From: Bilabrum cf. latius
Taxonomy: Eukaryota
Reading direction: 5' to 3'
DNA: 64,000 nt
NCBI GenBank assembly: GCA_965178125.1
Contig: OZ237737.1
Span: 992,001-1,056,000, forward strand
Shown piece after piece: positions 53,923 through 64,000 of the stretch (positions are counted from its first letter, which is position 1; every line of letters begins with the position of its first letter). A model generated the notes under the pieces. The model was not told where the DNA came from. It made no database searches and saw only the letters and a list, made by a program, of their open reading frames with translations. A program made the position numbers and the translations under genes.

Positions 53923-55906
53923 ATGGACACCTACACGCCGGTGATCACAATGGCGGAGCTGCCCTTAGGTGACCAAGAACTCTTGATGCAGTTTCTGGTC
54001 AAGAAGAGGATTCAGGTATGTTACTTATTCTTTAAATGAGATGCATAATGGTCGAACTGGTGCGCTTGATTGCACATGCAGGCTGCAAATGCAACGGGTC
54101 CAATTCCGAACGATCAACTGCACCCACCCGGCTCCTTCGCCCTATGCTGATTGCTTAACGGAAATGGCTTGCTATTTGCTTTCAATGAACAAATGTTGCA
54201 GTTTTTCAAGGACTCCGACGGCAGCTATGTTGCCAACGTGCGCATGCATGACGAGGACTCCGCCAAAGAAGCTGGTATCTCGGATGAACCGGATGATCTG
54301 GAACAGACTGGAAGATCGGTAGCGTCCAGGAAAGAACAAAGTGCGCCATCGTCTGCCAGCAGGGGCAAGGGAAGATCATCGAGTAGGGGGGCCTCTATCG
54401 GTCCCGATGATATGCTGCGCAGTGTAACCTAGCAAGGTCGGGCTCTGTTTGACACGACGTCTTACTCTGCATTTGTGTAAGCGATGTCGTTGACACGTAT
54501 CAAGCGTTGGCATGCACTATTGCAACGGGTCTTCGAACTCCAAGCCTGCTTTGGAATTGATGCTCCTCTTCTCTTATCCACGCAGTGACTTGATCAGCAG
54601 CAAGGACACCGCACGCAAACCCAAGCGCCGCCCGCTGTCATGGCTAATGCGAATTATCGAGGATCTGTACAATACACGGTATAAGCGGGACACTTCCTCC
54701 ATGTTTGACGAGGACGGAGAGGGCAAGGAGGCCGGCACGAACCCTGACGACCAGCTCAGCCAGCGATTCCCGATTTTCGTTGTGCAGCAGCAGCTCAAGG
54801 TATTCGGGCTCAAGAGCCTGGTAGACTCCACGTGCTGGGACATTCTATACACGATGCACGAGGGACGAAGGGAGCACGTGGAGTGCGAGCTGTTCGCCAG
54901 GTTCCTCGAGGAGTACTACGACCCAGACGACCTGCTCTACTTCCTGTACGTGAGGTCCGTCATCGAAAAGGAGCTCAAGATTGACTTCCGGTCGCGATGG
55001 TCCGAGATTGGCAGGGGTGGCGCCAGCAGGACTGGCACACCGCACCCCGTGTACCTCAACCAGCAGGAGTGCCGCACCGTGGCGAGGGTCGTTTTCGGCT
55101 CCGAGTCGGACCCGCTGTGCCGCAAGTTCCTGCGGGTGGTGGACGAGGATCTCGCGGGCTCCCGCAGGATCGAGGTCATGCGCTACCTGCAGCTGGCTGT
55201 GGACGACTACCACGAGTCGAGGCCCGCCGATGGGGAGGAAGACGGCGGCGCGGCTGAGGGTGCTGGAGGTGGGGGCGAGCCCGTGCAGATGGGCCAGGAC
55301 GAGCAGGACCGCCTGGTCCGTGATGCAGAGAGGCAGTACGAGCAGAGGCAGAGGGAGCGCGAGAGGAACGGGCAGGGCAACGACGGGGCCGCCGCTGCAC
55401 CATCGGCCGAACCACCAGCGGCCGCCCCCGCCGATTCCGGGGCCGGGCCCGGCGGCGATTCTGGCGATTAGCCGACGGTGAGCAGGGAGCTGCTAGAGCG
55501 CCTGAGCGTGGCGCTGCATGAATCGAACCAGACCTACCTCGGCGGGCTGATGCGCCAGGCGGAGGGCCTCCCGAAGGACGCGCGGGACAACATCAAGATC
55601 GAGTTGGAGAAGGCGCTGAACAACGTTGTGGATCTGCAGCTGCAGAACTGCATCGGGGACGTGGAGGCGGGCGGTTCCATCGACAAGGACGCCAAGCCGC
55701 TCTCTGCTGCATTCAGGGAGGTGATCGATTCGCAGCACGACGCGGATTCGAACCAAGCGGCCATTTCGTCGTTCTGCAGGCTGCTGGCAGCATCGAAGGC
55801 AGTCAGGGGCAGCCTCGAGCCTATGGCTCAGATGATGGTGACGTTCGTGACTTCCAAACAAGCAGGTGCCGCTGCGGGAGGTGCCGACGCAGCTGGATCG
55901 TCTTGA
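53923..55906 (+). CDS. Conserved-looking hypothetical protein, ~562 aa; exons 53923-54015, 54202-54476, 54586-55906
   Basis: Introns GTATG..TGCAG and GTAAG..CGCAG restore one frame. There are in-frame TAGs at 54430 and 55469 and a TGA stop at 55904-06. The helical core (RPLSWLMRIIEDLY...ECELFARFLEEYYD) is loosely reminiscent of TSNAXIP1-like proteins (tentative). Confidence 0.7.
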
Positions 55907-56124
55907 GCTAGCCTGTCATGAGCTCGTTGGCTGGGGCTGCGTCCTCGACAACGTGTTTATCACGAGTTGTCTAGAAGTATAAATGTCTTCAAGGAGTGCC
56001 GCCAAGTCTCAGAACCTTCCAATCCACCCGTAGACTGCACAGAAACGATTGGGTCGGGAATCGCTCTCGTCACCCCGCCGTCAACAAGTGTATCGAATCA
56101 CTGGCAGTTTCTGAGGTCGGAAGC

Positions 56125-58374
56125 ATGAGTGCCGCGAGTACAACCGAAATATCTGAAGACTCTCCCCTGGGAGACGCGTGCTATGTGGCTGTTCGCGCCC
56201 CAGCAGAGCGCTAGGCTCGGATAAAGCTAAGGGCGGTACTGCTCGCATCTGGCTGGCGTCGCGCGCGCATGCTGCATGTCCTGCCCGTAAAGGCAGGGGA
56301 GGAAGTTTACATAGATTAGTCCCAGCAAAATCGGCTGATCCTGCACACGGGTAGCTTGCCAAGCCCGTGTGTGTGCTATTCAACCACGGATCTTGATGTG
56401 ACCGCGTTGCGGCTGCACCACCTCGGGATTCCGTTCCAATACCTGGGTCACAAGGGAAATTTGGACCAATTTGACCTGCGAGCTCTCTCAACGGCAAGTC
56501 TTGAGCCTAAGCTCCGATTGCTGGTCCCCAGAGAAGCCGACAAGACAGCCGCGTTCCCGAAGCGGCCGCTGGCCTCCGAGAAGCCGGATGAAGATACCCA
56601 CAGCGACTTCGAACTTCCCTTGATCTAGGGCCCACTAAAGGCAACCAAGAAGAAGGTGGATGCTTTGGGAGCAGCTCTGCGTGTCAACGGCGTAGTTGGG
56701 ATACTTTGTAGGGATCCGCACTCGCCCGCCAGCGTCGCGGTGTTTAGCCAAAAGTAGGTCGCACCTTTGCAGCCAGCGGCGTTTGTTGGCATGTACCTGA
56801 ACGATGTATGCCGAGGATTCGCCGACGGCATGCTGCCTCCGCTGGCCAGATCGTTCCAGGATCCTGCAGGTGAGGGAGCCCTGCCTGTTGAAGGGAAAGT
56901 CGAGCGCGAAGCCAGAGCCGAAGTAGACGAAGACTACGCCTACGAGCTCGACGTGTACACTAATTTGGAGCGCATTGGACACCAAAGCTTGCCACAGAAC
57001 CGCAAGGAGCGAATCGAGTTCCTGCGAGCAGCATCTGCTTGGGAGGAGCAGCTGCGAGCAGACGAGGAAGCAGCGGACCACAAGAGCATCCCGTCGATCG
57101 TTGACTGCCCTTTGCCAGCAGGCAAAAGCAGCTATAGCGAATCAAGCGACGGTAACGAATGGGGCGTGCGCAGCGCGATGCTTCGAGCCATCTAGTAGAG
57201 TGAGCAGTTGTCGGGTGCAGCGGTCGGATTCCGCGGCGGCAGTGATGAGAATCTGGGCCTGGCCATCCCATCCAAGGACCCTGCCAGGTCCAGGGACTTC
57301 TTTCGTCGGCTGGGTTATTCCACTGGCAAGTCCGTGCGGTCCCCTCTCGACGTCTTCGTCATGACTGACGGCTTGGGTTTCGTGAGCATCGTGTCTGAGT
57401 CCTTCTGCCAGGGGCTCGAGAGGCCGGCCCTCATAGTAAACGCCACCGTGTGGGAGGCTGCAGCCACGCGATCGCGGCTGTGGGGCGTTACAGCCGAGCT
57501 TTCAGTGGAAGAATTGCAGCTAAACAAGGCCGCCACGGAAGCCAAGGCGGCAATGTGGCGAATTGGGGCTCCGGAGTTGCTCAAGGCAGCTAGGTCCGAC
57601 AAGCTGCGGAGGTCTAGCAGCCTTGGGGCCGCTGTACAGGCGAGCGACAGCCAGCCGTCCGCGCTGGAGGCGCTGTCTATCGGTTCGGACGATGAAGACG
57701 TGCACGGGGTGCACGATGGAGACATGGCTGTTCGGAAATCTCGTGGCCGAAGCGGTTCCGTGAACAGGACAGGGTCTGCTGGAAGCACGGGCTCTGGCTC
57801 TGAACAGAAGCACAGGCCTGCTGCTCGGCAATCATCGGCGGGTCGACCGGTGGGGATCGATCCACTGGTCAGGGCGCCACCGGGTACGGGGGCACCCGGC
57901 GTGGAGCTGGTGCTCGTGGGCTTCACCGAGTCACCGGAGGGCAACGGCATGAGCGTGTGGTCGCAGGTGCAGCTGTTCTGCGTTCTGTTTGTGGTTCTGT
58001 CCGTCCTGCTGCTCGTATTGGCGGAGTTAATTGGGCATGCCGCAACGGGGGAGTCATTGTTTGCATGGATGGACCAGCACATCGTCCCTGCTGCGGGCGA
58101 CTACATGTCGAAGGCCGTGAGGTTTGTCGGCCTCGAGGCCGCGGTCGACTGGGTGCTCCGGCTCGTGGGATCTGGGGGGCAGTCAGACGTGGATGCTGCC
58201 CAGGGCGTGGGGTACGATGCGGCGGCTGGGGCAGAGGTGGCACGGGGTAGGCTTTCTGGCGTCGCGGGGGCGGCATCGTTCGGGTACGTGCCGGGGCGGG
58301 GCATGGTGCGAGCAGATGGAAGCCACGATGACTCTGAGTGGCAAAGCGGGGGTGATAGGTGGGAGGAACTATGA
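56125..58374 (+). CDS. Hypothetical membrane protein, ~749 aa, possible glyoxalase/VOC-like segment, C-terminal TM and -WEEL end
   Basis: ORFs 55996, 56356, 56767 and 57208 share one frame and are separated by TAGs, including TAG TAG at 57193-98. It ends at TGA 58372-74. Motifs are LAIPSKDPARSRDFFRRLGY and the TM LFCVLFVVLSVLLLVLAELIG. Confidence 0.7.
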
Positions 58375-58455
58375 TGGTGATGCACCGGCGCTTTGCATTG
58401 CTCTACTTCTAATTTCACGCGTGCTATCTTTCTTGAATCAAGCGAAACGTCACCG

Positions 58456-59254
58456 TCAGTACCGCCCACCACTGGCAGCTGGCACCGGCCCATCATCCGG
58501 GTCGTGCTCCCTCGTCGCAGCGGCACCCCCCTACTCCTACGACCCACACCAGTACTACACGGATGGACACGCCGAACTTCCAATGCTACCGTATGTGCTA
58601 CTAATGTACACGGAAAAGTACACTAGCGACATGAACGAAACAACCGCGACTAAAATAGATGCAGGGAGCGATGGGTAGAACCGCACGAACCCAAGTAGTC
58701 CTAGAGACACGAGAAATGTTGTTATCCCCCATGTGAAGCAAGAAAAAGCAAATTCCCAGTCACGCTCGCACCTCCTGACCCAGAAATCCCCAAAGCCGTG
58801 GGTATTGTCAACAACAGATTGCTTCTCGTCGTACTCTAGTATAATTACGAGCAAAAATGAGCATATCAGAGTAGACGTTAGCGTCATTGCAATTGCCAGA
58901 GCGCAACTAGTTGCCCATGTTGCCAGTAATGCGGGCTACAGAGACTATGTGTCCACCTGCGTCTCGACGAGCACCACCATCTCGAAACCAGCCAGCAGTG
59001 CCGCAAGCTGTGATACAGTCTAAAGCTGCATCACTCGTTTGTCAACCAATCGTCTACAGTCTCCTAGCTTCTCTGCGCGGCAGGACCTTTTCATCACGTA
59101 CACGTTGCATCTTTCAGACTCGGAAACAGGTCTATTCGAAGCGGAGCATGCAGGTCTTACAGTATCGCTTCTCGATCTATCTGTACACCAAATCCTCTGC
59201 TCTGGCCTTTCTTTGGAACACAGCTTCATCTGCCTGGTAAAGTGCTTCCACCAT
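58456..59254 (-). CDS. ORAI: Orai (CRAC) calcium channel homolog, ~236 aa; exons 59254-59161 and 59072-58456
   Basis: With TAG=Gln the frame reads RRLVDKRVMQLQTVSQLAALLAGFEMVVLVETQV. This resembles Orai TM1 (ALLSGFAMVAMVE, including the selectivity-filter Glu). Three further TM helices follow, and it ends at TGA 58456-58. The intron GTAAG..CGCAG spans 59160-59073. Confidence 0.78.
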
Positions 59255-59395
59255 GGCACCAGAAAATTGTACGCAAGGGTAGTTGCTGTTCAAGCATAAA
59301 TCTGAATTTCGGTGAAACCACTCGCCTCATTCCCACAACGGCTACTATTACGACAATATAGGGCGATTTGTTGCACAAGCTGATTGCCGACTAGC
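59255..59395. promoter_or_regulatory. Putative compact bidirectional promoter between the Orai-like gene and CFAP57
   Basis: Only 141 AT-richer bases separate the divergent ATGs. Confidence 0.5.
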
Positions 59396-62300
59396 ATGGC
59401 AGCAACTTTATCATATAGGTATGTGGAATTACTAGACACCCACCCGTTCAATAGCGAAAATGCCTCGCCAAAGTGCTGTACCATGATTCGTTCCCAACAC
59501 GGCTGCGTCGCAGGCATATATTTGGCGTCAAAGGAGACGTTAAGAATGGCTTGCACTTCTACGATGACGATGTTGTTATTTATCCCGCTGGCCATCACAT
59601 TGTGAAGCTGCAGCTGGAAAGCAAGCTACAGGAATTCATCAACGGGTCCGAGCAATCCGGTGGAGTCTCTGCGGTCACAGTCAGTCGAACACGGAAACTC
59701 ATTGCTGTCGCTGAGCAGGCCGCGTCGAATGCAGGTGATGTCTCGACGACTGGAGCAGCGGCTGGAGGAGCTGGCTCGGTTGCTGGGGCCAACGAAGGAG
59801 GTGGTCGTGCGGAAGCTGCGCAGCGAGGGCTGGAGCGGCGGCAGAGCCGTCCTTTCGTGACCGTTTACAACTTGCGCCGGCTCTACCGGATCAAACAGTT
59901 GGACGCACCCGACATCGAATCGAATCGCTTCGAATGCCTCGATTTCTCTTCGGACGAGCGGCGGCTCCTTGCACTCGGCGGCGGGCCCGACTGGCGCCTG
60001 GTCGTTTTTGACATCGAGCGAGCGCGGGTTGTTGCATCGATCGCAGTTTCATCGAGCGCATCTCTCGCGGTATTTGGCGCTTCGTTCAACCCCGCAAACG
60101 ACACGAAACTTGCCGCGTACGGCGACGGCGTGTTCCGGTTCTTGTCGCTGGAGGACGAGGACAAGCTGGCGGTCATCCCGTCGAGCGCTCGGTTCGCAGA
60201 GAGGCCGCCCGCGGAGTACAAGGCCCACGCATGGCTGCCCGACGACATGAGCGTCCTGGCCACGGCCCAAGGAGAGCTGCTCTTGTTCCTCAGAGAAGTG
60301 CTGCTCGCGGTGCTGGCGTCCGGGCCGGGCTCGCCGGGCGAGGCCGTTGAGTGCATCCTGCCGTATGAGAGGGGGTTCCTGGCCGCTGGGAAAGGGGGCA
60401 CCGTGCGGCTGTATGCGCCCGCGGAGGAAGAGGGCGTCTACTTTGTGTGCGCCAAGAGATTTCGCATCGGCGCGGGTCTCATCGAAGGCAGCCTGCGGGT
60501 GCACAGCCTGGCGGTGAGCCCTTCGGCAGAGAGGCTCGCACTCATGACTGCGGGCTGCCAGATGCTGCAGCTTGACCTGGCCAAGGCAGTCCTGAAGGAA
60601 GAGACTCCGTTTCAGCCGCTGGGCGCGCACGCGCACGGCCCTTCACCGGGCAGTGCGATGCTTCCAGGAGCGGCCGGTGACGCAGAGGCAGCCGCTTTCG
60701 AGGCCCACCACGGGGGCTCTTCGGCGGCAGCCGCCGCAGCAGCCGCCGCGGCGGCTGCCGCTGCCGCTTCTAGGGTGACCGGTGAGGACGGAGATGACGG
60801 TGAGGGAATCAGCGCGGACGGTCCAGTGGCGGTGGCGAGGACGAGCACCGTGACAGGTCTGGACGCGTGCGTGCGGAAGCCCTTGCTTGTGAGCTCGGGC
60901 GAGGACGGCACGGTGCGCGTGTGGAACTACCTCGAGAAAACGCAGGAGTTGTGCGTCAACTTGGGCGAGCAGGTGTCCAGCGTGGCCATTCATCCCAGCG
61001 GGTTTCATTTGCTGGTGGGAGGCTCCGACAAGCTACGGGTGTACAACCTGCTGCTGGACGACTTGCGGCTCGTGAAAGAGGTGCAGATCAAGGGGTGCAC
61101 CGAGTGCAGGTTTTCAAACGGCGGGCACCTGTTTGCCGCGGCCAACACGCAGCTAGTGCAGGTGTACAACTTCCTCACGTGCGAGATGGTCAGCACGCTC
61201 AGGCACAACGGCAGAGTGCAGTCGATCCGATTCACTCCTGATGACTAGCTGCTGGTATCGTCGGGCTTGGATGGAGCTGTGTACGGCTGGGACTGGCGGG
61301 CGGGAAAACGGACGTACGAATTTGTGCACAAGCGATCGCAGTTCACGTGCGCAGTGCCGAGCGCCGACGGCAGCACGTCGTACGCGGTGTCGCGTGACGG
61401 CAGGCTGTGCATGGCGGACATGAGAACGGGTGCCGTAGTGCAGGAGCTATCCCACGACGAGGCGCCGGGTCTGGTCGCTCTTGGAATGGGCGGTCGCTTC
61501 CTGTTTTCTGCCCTGTCTTCCACCGCTGGAGAGACGTCTAATGCGGCGTTAGGTTCGTCCGGTGCTCCGCTGACGCCCGGCATGTCTGGCGCAATCTCTG
61601 CGCAGGTGGTCGGCAGCGTGATGTCGTATCCCATGCCGTTTACCACCAAGCAGAGCTTCTGCTACCCCGCTGCTTCGGGGGCGGTGACGCGGCTGATGCT
61701 CACGCCGGACCAAACGCACCTCGTGACAGCCGGCGTGGATGGCAGCATCTGCGTCATGGAGGTTCGAGACAAGGATGGACGCATCCCGCTGGTTGGAACC
61801 GCGGGTGCCTCTTCCGGTCAGTCGGCGGGTGGATCAGGGAGCGCCGCCGGTGGGGCCACCACAGCTAGGCTGCCCTGGGCTGACGAGGTCCTCATGACTA
61901 GGACGCTCCTGGAGGAGATGGCCCGGCAGATCCAGACCCTCAGCGAGCAGTACGAGGAACTCATCAGCAACAACGAATACAACATGAGGATGCGCGAGAT
62001 TAATTTCCAGGATGACATGAAGAACGTGGGGCAGAGGTACCAGGCAGAGCTGGATCGAGAGAAGACCCAGCTGAGCATCGAGAAGGAGGAGCTCGAGGAC
62101 CTGCAGCGGGAGTTCGGCGAGAGGCTCGCGGCCATGGAGGTGGCTCACCGGTCCGAGATGCAGAAGCGCGAGGCCGTGTACCAGGGATCGATCATGGAAG
62201 AGGTGAAAAAGTACCAGGAGCTCGCAAGGGAGGTGGATAGGACGGCGGATGACCAGCGGAGCAGGAGACGAAAGCAGCTGCAGTCCCACAGAGAGGAAGT

Positions 62301-63558
62301 TGCCGCGCTCACTGATAGGTACGAGAAACAGTTGGAAGCCGCTCGCAAGAAACGAATCGGGATGGAGGAAGCGAACGCCGGCCTGCTGCGCGACTGGTCC
62401 GAAACAGAGGGGCAGATGACGGGGGATCTCGACGACGAGGTGGCGGAGATCAAGAAGCAGTACGAGGCGAAGCTGGAGCAGGAGAAGCAGATGATCCTGA
62501 AGAACAAGAGCAAGTCTGGTGTGCTCAAGAAGAAGTTCGAGGTGCTCCGGCAGGAGTTGGATGACCAGGAGGAGGAGATGGCGGGCCTGCACGAGACGCA
62601 GGAGAGTCTCCGTCTGCAGATCCAGACGCTCACCAAGGAGGTGCAGGTCCTCTCGGACATGATCGTGCAGAAGGACTCCAAGATCGGCGACAAGGAGAAG
62701 CAGATCTACGACTTGAAAAAGAAGAACCAGGAGCTGGAGAAGTTCAAGTTTGTGCTGGACTACCGCATCAAGGAGCTCAAGCGACAGATCGAGCCGCGGG
62801 AGCGTGAGATCCGGGCCCTCAGGAAGCAGATCAAGGAGGTGGATGCAGAGCTCGAGGAGTACCACGCGCTCAACGCTAGGCTTGACGAGAAGATTGGCGA
62901 CCACCGGAAGGAACTGGGGGAGAAGACCAAGCAGCTGAACTAGGCGCAGCAGAGGCTAGCGGAGCGGATCGCCAGCCGGGACGCGCTGCTCGCCGACTTG
63001 GAGACGATCAGCGGGATCGTGCTGGAGCACGACCAGCTGTCCAAGCGAGTGCGTGAGATGTGCGACTTGCATGTGCCGAAGGGTCTCGTGGTTCCGAAAG
63101 AGTCGGACGAGGTCAAGGGCGAGTACGAGCGGCAGTCCAAGTATCTCGAACAGTCCGTGTCGGCCCTGCGAAAGAAGATTGGCAGAGACGAGGCGGCCAA
63201 CCGCGCGGAGAGCCTCCGAATCATGCAGCACAACATGAGGCTCATTCAGGAAATATCGGCTCTGCGAGCCGAGGTGCAGAAACTCAAGGCGAGACGATAG
63301 GAGATCCGGATGGGTCGGAGCGGCAGACCGGCAGCCAGCGATGGCGCCAAGGGGGCCGCAGGTGGTGGAGCAGGCTCTGCCACCGCATCAGGCGCGACCT
63401 CGGCCGCCGCGCAGAGCGCTAGAGCGTTGGATTTGTTGTCAAAGGTGGAGTCTGCAGAGGAGGAAGAAAGGAAGCTGAGCGAAGCGGCCGAGGTGTTGGA
63501 GCAGGCCCTGCTGCTTGCCAAGCCAGTCTCGGCTGCCGGCGCTGCTGGCACGATGTAA
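59396..63558 (+). CDS. CFAP57: Cilia- and flagella-associated protein 57 (WD40 + coiled coil), ~1,355 aa; exons 59396-59418, 59514-63558
   Basis: The spliced N-terminus is MAATLSYRHIFGVKGDVKNGLHF...YPAGH. Motifs include TGLDACVRKPLLVSSGEDGTVRVWNY and KEKQIYDLKKKNQELEKFKFVLDYRIKELKRQIEPRE. There are in-frame TAGs at 61246, 62941 and 63298, and a TAA stop at 63556-58. Confidence 0.9.
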
Positions 63559-63677
63559 TTGGAACTGACAAGAAAAATGCTTGCTGGTTAAAGACCGACC
63601 AGCATAAGCTGCGCGCAATCCTAGATCCCACGTGCTTCTGAGTTCAATGGTCTGACTCCACTATGGCCAGTGGCCAG

Positions 63678-64000
63678 TCACCCCACAAGCTTGCCAAACT
63701 GTGTCTGCAAATACGCCACAAACTGCTAGGCTGCCTGCGCCACGGACTGCGGTGGATGTGCTCGAATCATCCTCATGTACTCGATGCGCGCCGTTCGCAG
63801 CTGCGATGCCGTGGCTCGTCGCAGCATCCTCAAGTGGGTGACGGCACCCCGCCGGGCAGCCTTGCCTGACGGCGCCGCACCGCATGCTGCCAAGTCTATG
63901 GCAATTGTCTGCCCAGGGTCAGCCAACGCAGCTTTGGCGGCAACCTGCCTGGCTACTTCCTCCACAACCCGTTCGATAGAGGAGGCAAGGGCCCCCGAGG
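63678..64000 (-). CDS. 3' end of a hypothetical protein that starts beyond the window
   Basis: ORF 63726..63965 reads through TAG at 63726-28 to TGA at 63678-80 (...AQAAQQFVAYLQTQFGKLVG). Confidence 0.55.

Noticed and set aside
1-64000. Suppressor tRNA-Gln(CUA), CRISPR array, transposon or viral insertion
   Set aside because: None was recognised by eye. The tRNA predicted by the code change is probably elsewhere in the genome, and tRNAscan-SE would be needed to exclude it here.

Overview
Gene-dense, GC-rich nuclear DNA from a flagellated protist, probably a stramenopile (inferred from a nonagonal-type cadherin), with few GT-AG spliceosomal introns. The main result is a non-standard genetic code. 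Almost every gene is broken by in-frame TAG codons with no frameshift, and in the dynein heavy chain TAG falls at conserved Gln positions. All 12 gene ends I could locate are TAA or TGA. TAG is therefore most likely read as glutamine while TAA remains a stop. Read that way, the fragmented ORF track collapses into about 13 genes: a partial type I membrane protein, two secreted proteins, a 2,310-aa polycystin-1/REJ-like protein, a ~5,060-aa outer-arm (gamma/DNAH5-type) dynein heavy chain, a ~7,180-aa LamG/cadherin/IPT nine-TM protein, an Orai-like Ca2+ channel, CFAP57 and several hypothetical proteins. The cadherin gene is interrupted once by an exact 146-bp tandem duplication. I saw no tRNA, rRNA, CRISPR array or mobile element. 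All family assignments come from motif recognition by eye, not from database searches.
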